Assembly (NCBI GenBank): GCA_965178125.1
Contig: OZ237742.1
Coordinates: 186,001 to 250,000 of the forward strand
DNA: 64,000 nt
Source: Bilabrum cf. latius
Taxonomy: Eukaryota
Direction of reading: 5' to 3'
The notes under the pieces are model-generated. The model saw only the letters and a list, made by a program, of their open reading frames with translations. It did no database searches and was not told the origin of the DNA. Numbering within the stretch: the stretch's first letter is position 1; the number at the start of each line of letters is the position of its first letter. Below are positions 1-12,418 of the stretch, one piece after another. The translations under genes and the position numbers were made by a program.

Positions 1-1788
1 TAGCAGAACAGAGTGTTTTCGTGTGCCAAAGGGCATACTGGACCGCTGTGTGCCGTGTGTGACTAGGCTCTGAACTATGGCGCCAGCTCAACCCCTGGAG
101 AGTGCGTTCCGTGCTACTCCGACGGTGCCAACTGGACTCTCGTCGGCCTTGGAGTGGTTGCTCTTGTGCTTGGTCTGCTGTATGTTGCAGTGCTCCAGCA
201 GCCCGACAAGAATAATAGGCTCGGTATCTTGTTCCGCATTGGAATGAATTATGTCACGGCTCTTGGAACTCTTGGTCTCTACAAGGCGAAGGGCACCGAG
301 ACCTTTCGTTTGTTGTTCGGGTGGACCGAGACAGCAGGCACAAGCCTTTTTGCAGGGAGTCCGCTTCAGTGCGCGGCGCGCCCATCTTTCGCAACTGTGT
401 TTCTTACAGCTGTGGCATTCCCTTTCGTGATCAGTGCGGTCGCCATTCTCCTGAACCTACTTGTGTTTGCTCTCGAGTCATGCACGGGGACCTTGATCCG
501 GCGAAGGGGGTTCGAGGGGTTGATGAATCTTTGTCGCTGCTGCAAAGGTAGGGCGAACGGCAAGAGTCAACCTTAGATAGCTTCTGCAACTGGAAGTGGC
601 AACTCGATGATGATATCGTCTAATCCAATATTCTCCGAAGAAGGCGGGCGCGCAGGCCGGCTCAGGTTCCAGCAAAAGCTTGATACCTCTACGCCCTCCC
701 CTTTGATAGCCCGAGGTCAAAGAGAAGCCCCGAACCTTGAGAGCGGCGGCTCAACAAGCCAGGATACAGTTGGTTCGTGTAATGCTTACAATCAGGGCGT
801 TAATCGAAGCGCCTGTTCCCGAATGGTCGACTACTTTGTGCACTTGCGGTTCCTTGGCACTGCGATCTTGGTGGTATGCCTGTCCTACGCAGTCGTGTCC
901 TCGATGGCTCTCTCGGTGTTCGATTGCCTGCCGGATGCTATCGGTGGTAAGGTGTACCTTAAGAAAGACCTCCGCGTTGAATGCAACACCGGCGGGCATA
1001 TCGCGTTGCAGGTTGGGGCTGGCCTGGTCCTGGTGATTCTCGGGCTTGGGCTTCCGATAGGCGTTGCGTACATGCTCAGAGCTGCGCCCACGGAGCGCCT
1101 AGAGAATGATGAGCTCTTTTTTGAGTAGTATGGTTTCCTGTATAAGGGCTATGACATTGCGCGCGGATTGCATTGGTGGGAAGCCATCGGGATGGTTCGT
1201 AAAGTGGCGATAGTGGCGATTGGCTCGCTCATCAAGGAGCCTTACAACGCCGTGCTGTTCTCCATCTCTGTCTCGGTGTTGGCGCTAGTGCTGCACGCAC
1301 AGTGGCAACCGTTCAGCGAGAGCGTCTTCAACAGGGTTGAGACAGTTTGCCTGGTCGCCATCGTGATCACCCAGATCCTATCGGTGTTATACTTGCGAAG
1401 CGAAGACAATGCCCTCCAAGAGGAGAGAGAGCTAGATGCACGCGCTGACAGTGAGCCGGCTAGAGTTGTCGTAGGAGGGCCTCGTATGCCTGATGGCGCT
1501 TTGAATACCACGTCTGACAGCATTTCGAGCAGAATCCAAGCCTTGCGCGACGGCACTGGATCTACAGATGCTGCTGTGACTGCCATACTGTGCCTTGTCA
1601 ACTTCGTGGCCATGATTACCCTACTGGCAGCAATGTGGGCGGTCAAAACGACCGACAAGTAGCGTGAGCAGCTGAGGAGCAGCGGCATGAAGCAACATCA
1701 ACTGGGACGTACGTAGTAGCTTGGGCAACAGCCCAAACTTGCACCGAGCCTGCACACACTGCGGCGCACATCCCCACCACAGGGTTAA
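1..1788 (+). CDS. 3' part of a Cys-rich multipass membrane protein of a common protist type (TAG=Gln)
   Basis: Frame +1 is open from the window edge to TAA at 1786-1788 if TAG is sense. It has the motif 'CAKGHTGPLCAVC', several hydrophobic segments and 'E(TAG)YGFLYKGY...WWEAIGMVRK'. Confidence 0.75.
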
Positions 1789-1799
1789 GTGTAGGCTGT

Positions 1800-3110
1800 G
1801 TCCCCCCACTGCTTCAATGAACATCCCTTGGGATCACAGGCGAGCAGAAATGTAGTACTGGATAATGAGAGAGAGTTGCGAGAAGACGCAATTCTTCCAT
1901 GCAAGGGGCCAGCAGCACGCGAGGCCCTTCCCTATTTGGATTGCAACGCATGGACGACCGTTTGTAGGGGCACGCGGCTACGTGGCTCGTAGTGCTTTGG
2001 CTCGGCTGAAATCACGTTTCACGCTCAGGTTATTGCTTGAGCCACACGTACCAGCACCTCGACGCGGTGGAGCAGGTCGAGTGCCCCGAGCCCATCTGGA
2101 ATACCTTGTACGAGCACGACTCTTTCACGCTGGCGGACATACTAGACCAGATTCCTCGCCTACAACATTGACAGCGACTTCCTGGGCGCATGCATTCCAG
2201 GCGCTGGCAGCAAGTTCGAGTTCGGGCTGAACGCAGCGATCGCCAGGTTCGCAGTCTACTTGGGCGAGGGCACGCCCATCTCAGGTGCAACCATCGGCAC
2301 GAATAGTCGCAACGAGTTCCATATCATCGTCGACTCCGAGGGAGCCTGTGGCATCTGCACGTCCAGCCAGCTCGACGCCATCCTGCGATATACGGCAAGG
2401 CTTCACTCACCACGCAGCGCCTCCATCGGTCGTCCGCACCGTTGCAAGCCATCTTACGATGCCTCACAGCAGCTGTAACCGACCCCAAGCAGCACGCAGC
2501 ACATGCAGCGATCGGGCTGTGCTTCAGCGGAGGACTACGACTCGGTGAACTCATCGGTGCCTCCCGACGCCACCACGGCCTCAAATGGCACCAAGTCGAC
2601 CTCAACGCACGAGCAGGGAAGATCTACGGCGTTGCAGTCCGCCTAGGTCTGCGCAAGGCAGATGCACCAGCAAGGTTCACTATCACGGCAGCCTCCCCCA
2701 TCAGCGTCTTGGAGAAAGCAGGGCGCTGGCGCATCAACGGCACCCAGTTCTGCGGCGTCAGGGCGTTTTGGCGTGGGCAGCAGCAGCAGTCATCCCAGCC
2801 CCGACAGCCGCAGGTGCCCCGACGCGGCAGCCGGCGCTCAGCTGCCCCAAGCAAGGGCCGGTCTTCGTGGCAGGGCAGCGGCCGCTGCTCCGTGGCCACT
2901 GCCACTTCGGCAAGGCCGAAGCAGTACACAGCCACTCCATTCGCATCGCTGCCGTGATGGGCCTGGACCGTGCCGGTGTCGCCTTCGAGACTATCTTTTC
3001 AGGCGATTCGGGCGGTGGAAGTCAGCTAGCTCGTGTTGGGTGTACCTGCGTTCAGTCAGAGAGGGCCTTGCCCCTCTTATGCTCCGTGGGACGGACCTCT
3101 AGTTGAAGCA
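1800..3110 (+). pseudogene. Decayed, frameshifted tyrosine-recombinase (DIRS/Ngaro-like) remnant
   Basis: Recombinase motifs are spread over three frames: 'LCFSGGLRLGEL' (Arg-I, about 2520-2550), 'HSHSIRIAA' (HxxR, about 2930-2950) and 'RFGRWKSASSCWVYLR' (W and catalytic Y, about 3005-3050). Boundaries are uncertain. Confidence 0.65.
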
Positions 3111-3461
3111 GCCAGCATGGGTGCTGGCGCGCGCTCTTCTGCTCGCGGTGACGTGATTCACCCGGGCAGAGGCGCACAAAGACATGGCAGGGAAAGATTT
3201 GGCGGAGTGTTGCAGTGGCTCGGCTCGGACCTGGATGAACAGGCCTAGAGCAGCGCCATCCTGCACAGCTATGTCAAGGGCTTGCCATGTCTGCTTGATT
3301 GGGAGACTAGTCTGTGCTATCATCACGAGTATCAGAGCATCAACGGTGCGACCAAGACAATCGGTAAAGATGAAGATCAATAACAGATTTCCGTTCGATT
3401 ACACAGCGCGCCTTACTTCCAGGGGTTGCTCCTGTTTCGAGGCAGTTGAATCAAAGAAATC

Positions 3462-6400
3462 ATGTCACTTAATGATATATCTGAGCATCCAGCGATTGAT
3501 TGGGTCAATACGTATACCGTGGATGTGGAAGAGCGGTACAAACGAAGGGCCATGCAAGCACCGAGAGGCGCCCGAATGACGGGCAAACCCGCTTTAAACC
3601 AATACACGCGGTAGTTTGATCCTTCTGTAAGGGCATCATCCCTGGCAACACCCGGGCCGGGGTCGTACGAGTGGACGTCAGGCGTTGACGCAACGGCATT
3701 CAAGAGACCAACTACTGCGGTGCTGCCGCCGCGACAAGCGGCCAGATTCTCGGAAGGAACTCACGTGAAAGAGTTGAATGGTTTACCTGGTCCTGGCTCC
3801 TACGACCCCTATCGCCAAGTTCGATCGCAGCCGTCTGTGGTGAAGCGGTGAGGCAGACCAAAGCGGCCTCGGGAGCTCGAAAATATTACCGCGCACGTTT
3901 TATCTTCCAGATGCACACATATATTCATCTTATTGGAAATTTGCGCAGCTAGGTTGATTCCAAGCGCGGCCGATCGCGGGCTGGGATTCGGTTCCACGGC
4001 GGAAACAAGCGCCGGCTCGCGCCTCGCCGCAGAGAAGAAATCGACGGCTGGCCGGCTCCAGGCTCGTATAACCCCAAGGCAGTGGGCGCCCGGAGCCAAG
4101 AGACGCACAGTTTCAGCAAGTCCCCTCGCGACAAGGACGCGGACCGCTTGGCCGGCCGGCATCCCCAGGACCGCATGGCCGGGCTGCTGGCCAGGGCGTC
4201 TGCGGGCGCGAGGGGCGCCGCCATGATGAAGAGTGCAGCGGCAGGTGCTGGCGCGGGTGTGGGCAATGGGACAGGCCGGGCCGACGGGCACGGGCGCGGG
4301 CTGACTGCGGCCGCCCTGCGCGATGAGTTCGCCAAGCCCGCCGTGCCCGGGGGCAGCCTCCGCCCCGTGTCCCCAGGAGGGGGTGGCTACTCCTTCTCGG
4401 GGGCGGGGAGGTTCTCCCCCGCGACGGGGGGTGTCCGGGGGTACTTTGCGTCCATGCACCGGCGGCCCATCGCGGATCGCATCAGCAGCGGGGCGCTGTC
4501 GATGAGCCTCAGGAACGCTGCGGGTGTGACGAGTGCGGGCGGGTCTGGGTCTCCTCAACGGGCACTGGATAGTCCCAGCAAGGCAGCAGCATCCGTGTTA
4601 CCATCGCCCCGCCAGCGTGGCGCAAGCACCACCAGCGCCGCCGCCGACCACCCCCCGGCTGCTGCTGCCGCTGCCTCCTCATCCACCACTGCCGCAGCCG
4701 CTGCCCCGCGATTCGCCCCCGGGTCTATCGCCGCCAAGTTTTGGGAGGGTGTCCCCGAGCACCTGAGGAACAAGGGGGTGCGGGCGGTGGAGAAGGGAGC
4801 GAGGGCGAGGTCGGCCCAGTCCCGCAGGATGGGCGACAGGCAGTGGCAGAGGCTGGCAGGGGCCAAACCCACGTCTCCTCGGGCGCTGCTGATGGCCCAC
4901 CCCGAAGATCATCCGGAATCGAAACGCAGGGACACCCTCGATCGGCCGCCGACTGCGCCCGCCAGAGAAAGAGAGAGAGGTAACGGCAGGCGCAAGGGGG
5001 CGGCCCGGCTCGCGGCCCGGCTGCGCGCACAGGACGTTGTCCGGCCCTCGACGGCGACTCGCGCGGCCGCAGACCCGCTACAAGACGCTCTCAGCCGGGC
5101 GGGCATTCCGTCCAACCTGGTGGAAGAGGCCAAAGAGTCGCTCCATGCACGAGGCCGGGGGCGAATGCGAGACCAAGAAGGAGGGGACCGTCGGTGGTGG
5201 ACAGGCGCTCGAGCGGAGGCCGCCGGGCGCGTGCTGGCGTGGGGCAGAGACGAAGTCGTGGACACCGATGGGCAGGAACAGCTGACTGCGGAGACTGGGG
5301 CGGTATGGCAGCAGCACAGGGAACAGAGCGAGGGAACACAAGGAATGGGAGGAATGGGTGGGCGCGGCGGCGGCTTGAGCACTCGCATTGTGACTCCGGT
5401 TCCCCGAGCGGGTGTGGGGCTGCAGGGCACTGCAGCGCCGAGCCCGCTTCAAGGGGCGCCCAGGTCGATGGCGGGGAGGCTGGGTGGTGCCAGGCAGCGG
5501 CCCGGCACGGGGACCCGGCTGGGAGGTGCGAGGCTCTCTGCGGTCCGAGCGGGCGCAGCCGATGGCACCAGCTCCGGGTCTGGCTCCGGCGATGTTGCTC
5601 GTTACCCACGCATGCGGCCGCAGAGCTCCAGGGCACGGCTGGTGTCTGACGATGGCCCCGGGGTGGGGCCAGGTCGGGGAGCACCCCATGTATCTGCCGA
5701 GGGTCAGCATGCACTCTCGGACGGCAGGGTCGTGGGTCTCGAGAGCACGCGCGGAGATGGGGCCGAGGGGGGAGCCGAAGTGGACGTGCCCCAGCTGAGG
5801 CTGGACCGTCTGCTAGATGGAAGCATGGGAGGTGGGGCAGGCATCTGGGGCGCTGCTATGGATGGACGCGTGGATGGACATGAAGGTGGATCTGGCCCTG
5901 GGATCGACCACCAAGGGTACGAGTCGTTCGTGGTGAGGGCCCCCGGGGTGAGGGTCTCGACCAGGTCTGGGGAACAGTCGAGCCGGTTGGGGGGGAGCGG
6001 TGCCTTGCACTCGCCCCTGCGGCAGACGGGCATTGGCCCACAGTCGGCTCGCTCCACGTCGAGGGCCAGACCCACTAGCACGCTGGTGCGGTACAACCCC
6101 AAGCCCCCGGTGCCCCCGGTGGCCAAGCCGCTCCCTGGGACGACCGATCGCAAGATTGCCGCCTTTCGCGCCCGTCGAGCCGTGATGCAGGCAGTGCAGC
6201 GGCGCCAGCGCGAGGACATGCGCTTCGAGTACGAGCGGGCGGGAGCCAGGAAGCGAGCCCGCCTGTGGCTGCAGTTCGCGTGCCTCTTCGCGCGGGTGGG
6301 TCGGATGCACGAGGCCATTCGGCGCAGGCGCAGCGAGCGACTGGGCGCGAGCATGATGAAGGCCCTGGGCATGCACAAGCGGCGGATCTTCAACGCGTGG

Positions 6401-8326
6401 AGGGCGCTCACCAGGCGGTCCAAGCTCATCTGGGCGACCATCGTGTTCAAGCGCGTGCTGAAGCCAGCCGTGCGGAGGTTCAGGGAGGCCGTGCTGGCGG
6501 AACATGTGAGACGGATCACCGCCTTCCTGCGGTATGTGCGTGACATGAACGACGCCATCAAAACCTGCAGGGTGTTCTACGGACAGCTGCTCAAGCTGCA
6601 GCGATTCTGGATGGAGGTCAGGCACACCACGAGGGCGCAGCTGAGGGCCCTGGGGAGGCAGTGGGATAGGGCAGCGCTCACGATCCGTGCGAAGGGGCTC
6701 AAGCATAGGCTGCTGCGAGAGAGGCGGCGCTCGCAAGTGGGTCGCACGGTGATGGCCATCGCGAAGAAGCAGGCGGCAGACAGGCCCAGGACACCCACGG
6801 TGCAGGAGGCCCTGGATGCCACCGCCGAGCACCAGCAGCAGCAGCAGCACCGGGGCGGGTTCAGGCCCTCCGGGCACGGCTCCGGCAGTGGCTCATCTTC
6901 CCATAGGCGGCGGGGCGCCGCTGGAAGCGGGGGCACGCCCGGCAGCTCGAGGACCGGAACTAGGGGGGCGGGGGGCGGCCGCAGCAGCCGCTCGGGCCGC
7001 GACTCGAGGGGCGGGCGCGCCTCCCGTGGCAACTCCGGGTCTCGTGATGGCAGGTCCTCTGCGGCCACTGCTCCCGTGGCGCCCGAGTCTTTGGCCCGAC
7101 TGGGCAAAGCCGCGACTTCGACCGCGGGCGGGGGCGCGCTGGAGGACTCGTTCATCCGGGGAGACCCCGACTTCCACAAACCCTCGATCTAGATACGGCC
7201 CTCGGGGCGAATGTCCCCGGGGCAGGGGGGGCAGCAGGGGACTGGGCTGGGCGTGGCAGACCTGGGGTCGCTGTTGATTCGGAGGAACACAGCCACGGGT
7301 GGTGGGGGCGAGGACAGCGACAGCGACAGCGGCAGCGGAGGCGGGTCACCCTCGGGGCAGGGTGAAGGCATGTCGCCTCGAGCCGCAGCCCAGAGCTCGG
7401 ACGTCAGGGGAGACATAGAGGCGGCTCGTGAGAGGGCAGAGGTGGCGCTGGGAACAGACGAGGAGGGCGGGCAGATGCTCAAGGCGACCCATTCAATGGC
7501 CTCCATTGAGGGAGGCGATGGCAGCGGCGGTGGCGGTGACATGTTGCTGGCGGCAAACAGCCCCTTGCGGCGGCAGCAGCAGGCGCTGCCCCGCTTCAAG
7601 CGCCCCGAGGACGAGGAGAAGCACTGGGAATCCATCCTGCAGGGGCTGCTGCAGGACGCCGACAGGCAGGCGGGGAACAAGGGCGCCGTGGGGGCGGCTG
7701 CCGCAGGTGCCGTGATGCTATCGAGGAGTAGGACGGGCAGGCGCGCATCCGTGGATCGGGCGGGCAAGGCTGAGGGGGAAGTGGCTAGAAAGACACTGCA
7801 CGGTGTGGACCTGCAGGGCGGGCCCGGGCCCGGTAGCCACGAGCTGGATGTGGAGAGTCTGGCGAGGGGGGCTCGGCCGAGGGGCGGGCGGCGGCTGTCC
7901 GTGGAGATGCACTCCATGCAGCTGCAGACCATCATGGACTTCCCCGCCATCCCCTTGCCCCGTCGCACGGTGCTGCTACGCCACCTGCTGCACCAGCGCC
8001 GCACGGAGCACTCGCGCCGCGTGAAGGACTACAGGAAAAGGCTCCAGCAGTGGGAGGGGCAGCTGGATGAGGAGCTGGGGCTGGCCGAGGCCAGGATCGT
8101 GGCGATCAAGGGGGAGGTGTCCAAGGGAGAAAGGGCCATGCTGAGGGACTATATGCTGCAGCGGAAGCCCAGGAGGCCCGTGTGGACGCCCCTGCCCGCC
8201 TTCCGGTTCATGCTGGACGTGGTGGAGCACGAGCTGCTGCAGGAGAGGAAGAGGCAGGCGGCACTGCGAGCCGCGGGGCTGGCTTCGGAGGACGTCGAGG
8301 ACGCGGCGGACCTGCTCGGGAGCTGA
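3462..8326 (+). CDS. Large protein with N-terminal PGPGSY (SHIPPO/ODF3-like) repeats and a basic helical C-terminal region; possibly flagellar
   Basis: ATG at 3462, then 'TPGPGSY', 'LPGPGSY' and 'WPAPGSY'. Predicted intron 3848-3948 (GTGAGG...TGCGCAG) joins the 4082-7192 frame. TAG at 7190-7192 reads through in frame to TGA at 8324-8326. Confidence 0.7.
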
Positions 8327-8422
8327 TGTCTCGGAGCGGCTGTGTGGATCGGATCAAGAAGTTCTTCCGGTTTGTGAAGATGATGGGGCAAACCAATAGA
8401 TTATTCAAAATTTAGCGATTGA

Positions 8423-11400
8423 ATGAGTGCCCGAGCAGACCATGCACCAAAGCCCTTTGTTTAGCTACTTTTGCTCAGCACCAAGAGAGCACTGCAAGCA
8501 GAGGCTTCCCTGCAGTCCTACGGGCTGTCCAATTTCGATCGTATCGATCTCATTGCCAAGTTTACCAGCAGCAGCGAACGGGAATCTTACGATCGCCTGC
8601 GCAAGCGACTGAACCATTCAGCGCTTACTCTCTGGGACGAGGATGATCACGGCGGTTTCATGCGCTGCTTTGGTTCGGCAGTGCAAGCAGCTACGGTGGG
8701 CTTCGATCCGCAGAAAGTGGCTGCGTGGGGTAGAACAACACTGGTGGCATGCGACGACACGATTTGCACTGATCCAACGTTGCTTGTTGCGGGAATTGAG
8801 TCCCTCTCATTTGCACATGGTCGCGTGCCAGACGTGTTCCACGCCAAGCTGCATCCAGGCGTTCGAGCCAGTCATGTCGGGCGGAGTGCGGGCATCAGGC
8901 CGCCGCGACTGAGTCTTTGGGGTCGATGCAAATATGTACAGGGACAAACTAGGGTAGACAAGCCGGCGGATCAAGAGGGGTTTATCTTGCAGTGGCGTAA
9001 GACCCGCCCTAAAGACCCCGACACGGGCACTCACGACTGGGCCTATCCTTTCGACCTGTGCTCGTCAGCCTACCCAACCGAGCGCCTATTTCGGCTTATC
9101 CTTGCGTTTGGACGAGCATCGGATGCATAGGGGCTCGCTTCCCAGCCGAGCTCTGCCCGCGCAGTCAGCTCGAAGGCAGGGGCAGCGGCCCGGCCACCCA
9201 GCCCAGCGACTGGCACCTGCGCCGATGGTGCTCCTCAGGCGGCCCCAGAGGTCGACGCCAGCGGCTCGCCCGCGCTTCCTGGCGTTGACGAAGGTCATCT
9301 TGGCGCAGAGTACCTGGATCACCTACCGATCATCGGCCCCAACTAGCTAGAGTACCGAGTGAACGACATGCTCGACTCTGGTACATCCAATGGCAGGTCG
9401 CTGTGGAGGGCACTCGCAGGGGAAAGCCTTTTGACAATAGATCCCGAAGTTACTGGGCCTCGAACCAGCAGCGGCACAGCCGCGGTAGAAGGAGCCCCGT
9501 CGGCGGAAGCAAGATGGATGGAATCAGGAGAGAGACCTCCCCGGCCTCTAGTGCTGTCCTGCCCCTCCCACGCCGCGGTGGTGACGCCTACATTCAACCG
9601 GGTGCAGGACGAGATGAGCAACCCTATCTTTGGTCTCAGCAAGGCGGATAAAGCGGCCACGCAAGCCCAGATGGGCGAGCTAGGGAGGGTCAAAGCACCG
9701 GGACTGGAGAGCCTGGCTGCACAGGTGGCCGCCAGTTAGGCCCAAATGGGCGAGCTAGGGAGGGTCAAAGCACCGGGACTGGAGAGCCTGGCTGCACAGG
9801 TGGCCGCCAGTTAGGCCCAGATGGGCGAGCTAGGGAGGGTCAAAGCACCGGGACTGGAGAGCCTGGCTGCACAGGTGGCCGCCAGTTAGGCCCAAATGGG
9901 CGAGCTAGGGAGGGTCAAAGCACCGGGACTGGAGAGCCTGGCTGCACAGGTGGCCGCCAGTTAGGCCCAAATGGGCGAGCTAGGGAGGGTCAAAGCACCG
10001 GGACTGGAGAGCCTGGCTGCACAGGTGGCCGCCAGTTAGGCCCGCAGCAAGCCACGCGAGCCATCGCTAGGCATTTGCACGGGCACAGATGCCCTGTAGT
10101 AGCTGTACCTGGCGGGGGCAAATATGCACGCTAACGTGTACAGTGTGCCCGGATTGCAGCACTTCTCGGTACACGTGCCAGGTCTAGCTCTGTCAGGCTT
10201 GACCATCAATCGCGCAAAGGAAGCGTCAGAAGCTGCGGCCTGCCATGGCTCCACACCGTCCGATGCAGCAAAGCCAGGCGTTGCGCCGCTCGAGTTGCCC
10301 GCACCAGCAGGCTCGCACTCGCAAGCTGTGGGGGCCGCTGCCAGCTCGGGTGTGCCACCCAAAGAAGGTGCAGATACGCTGCCCGAGGCAGAGCACCCGA
10401 TCATTTCTGTTCTCATGCCAGTCCACAACGGTGAGCGCACGGTGAGGCGGGCCATTGACAGCATCGCGCGGCAGTCGGTGCTACGAATGGGGCCCGTTTA
10501 GCTGGTCGTCGTGGATGACGGCAGCACGGATGGCACTGCTGCCGTGCTCGAGGAGTGCAAGGCGGCGATTGGCGCTGCCACTGGCGGATATTGCCTCTCG
10601 ATCGACTTGATCACGCTGCCAAGCAAGCATGGCGTGGCAAGGGCGCTGAACGTCGGTCTGTAGGCATGTCGAGCCGAGCTGGTGGCGAGGCAGGACGCGG
10701 ACGATGTCTCTTTCTTGAGTCGGCTGGAGAAGCAGCTGGCTTTCATGCGGCGGCATGCATGCATCAGTGTCCTGGGCAGTGGAGCAGTAACGTTTGATCC
10801 TAGCAAGTGGAGCTAGCTCGCGGCAGAATCGGTAGCAGACACAGCAGCCCCATCCTCGTCGCATGCACCGCCTGTGTCGTGCTGCGGGCGGGTGGTTTCC
10901 ATGCAGCCTCACCCTGTGCTCATCCGTGCCATGCTGCCCACAGAGTGTCCCCTGCTGCACCCAACCGTCATGTTTCGAACGACTGCACTGGTGAGCAAGC
11001 AAGCCGAGGTAGCTGCGCTCCGTTGTCGTAGCAATGGCGATGGGAAGGAATGCGCAGGTGCGTCTGACCCACCCACTGATGTAGTCGGTCCAAAGTAGAT
11101 GGTTGGATCAGCTGTTGCCCCCTCCCCGCCTGAATTGTACCCCGAGGACGCCCCTGCCAGCGAGGATTATGCCCTCTGGTGTGAGGTGCTGGCAAACGGA
11201 GGCAGGCATCGCAGGAGGAATGGCGGATCCACCGAGTGTGAGGCCCCGCCAGGTACTAGTAGAAGTAGTGGTTAGGGTGATTCCGACGTATCCCCCCCCT
11301 TGCTGGCAGCCAACCTGGGGGAGCCGTTGGTGTATCTATCTGTGTCACCAACCAGCCACTCGAGGTCAGAGTCCATTGCGGCTTCGAGGAACAAGGGGAG

Positions 11401-11890
11401 GCACCTGGCGAGCGCGCGGTGCGTGGGGTGCGGGTGGGGCCCGGAGGAGGTGACCGACGGCGCACATATTGACGGCGTGTCCGCTGCCCTCGTGGGTCGG
11501 GTGCTGATGGAGCCTGCGTGCTGTTCCCCGGAGGGGCTCGCTGCCATGGGAGACGAGGGGCCGAAGGTGGTGCTAGTGGCGGCGGGGCGACTGAAGGACC
11601 ACCGCGACCGGGTGGTCGCAGAGTGCAAGGCGGTTCGGAAGAGGGTTGTTACAGAAGAGGCAATCGGTGATTCCAGCGGCACGCACGAACAAAGTCGGGG
11701 TCGCCAAAGTGTCGACGAGCCTGCCGGTGCGGTGGTAACAGTGCAGCAGCCGTCCACATGGCGCGTGTACAGCTCTGCTGTGCTTGCCCAAGAGGTCCGC
11801 AGGGGGTTCGAGCGGTTTCAGAGGGCGTGGGTTGCAGTGATGCTAGGCATGGGGCAGCGAGAAACAGCCATGAAGCTGCTCATGCTATGA
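8423..11890 (+). CDS. Glycosyltransferase family 2 protein with an extra N-terminal domain (probably a second GT-A-like domain) and a repeat linker
   Basis: One frame runs from ATG 8423 to TGA 11890 with only TAG interruptions. GT2 motifs: 'ISVLMPVHNGE', 'LVVVDDGSTDGT', 'GVARALNVGL', 'ARQDADD', 'HPTVMFR', 'EDYALW'. Confidence 0.85.
9665..10039 (+). repeat. Coding tandem repeat, 5 x 75 bp (25 aa: AQMGELGRVKAPGLESLAAQVAAS-TAG)
   Basis: Five near-identical 75-bp units, differing at CAG/CAA, each ending in an in-frame TAG. Confidence 0.95.
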
Positions 11891-12257
11891 TTTCCAGAGG
11901 GAGCTGGTCGGTATCGGCAGGGGGCCATCCGAGGAGGAAGACCCACATGGCGATCCCGTGATGCAATTGGCCTAGCGAGCAGTGGACATTGCGGCACGGC
12001 TTGGGGCACGTCCTTGGAACATGGCAGGCCCTACCTTCATAGCCAAGACTCAGCAGCCTTCGCGCATGGAGCCTACCGAACACGGAAAAACTGCTGCGAC
12101 CTTGCCACTTCCCGCGGCCTCGAAACGAACCTTCACGAATGCGGTAAAGTGGTGCGGGAAAGAAATCGGATCGAAGCTGCGATCATGGCCGTAGTGGCGA
12201 AGGGATTAGAACGTTCAAATGGGCCGACTACCTTGACGCTGAAACGGCTGGCATGGC
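11830..12257 (+). repeat. Dispersed direct duplication, copy 1 (internally deleted copy of 13942-14407)
   Basis: Near-identical sequence from 'ggttgc(a/g)gtgatgctaggcatggggcagcgagaaac' to 'gaaacggctggcatggc', with short deletions relative to copy 2. Confidence 0.9.
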
Positions 12258-12418
12258 TGCAGCGCGTGGGCCGCTCACACACGGCCACGGTGAGTTGCGA
12301 GTGATTTGAAAAGTCAGATTCGAGCCAGCGCGACGCTGAGCGCGTGCTCGCCTCCCTATATCTCACAGCAGCAGTCCCCCTTTCCGTCGAGACGCGGCGG
12401 CAAGTACACAGAAACAGT

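Noticed and set aside
9665-10039. CRISPR-like array
   Set aside because: Head-to-tail identical units with no unique spacers, in frame within a gene.
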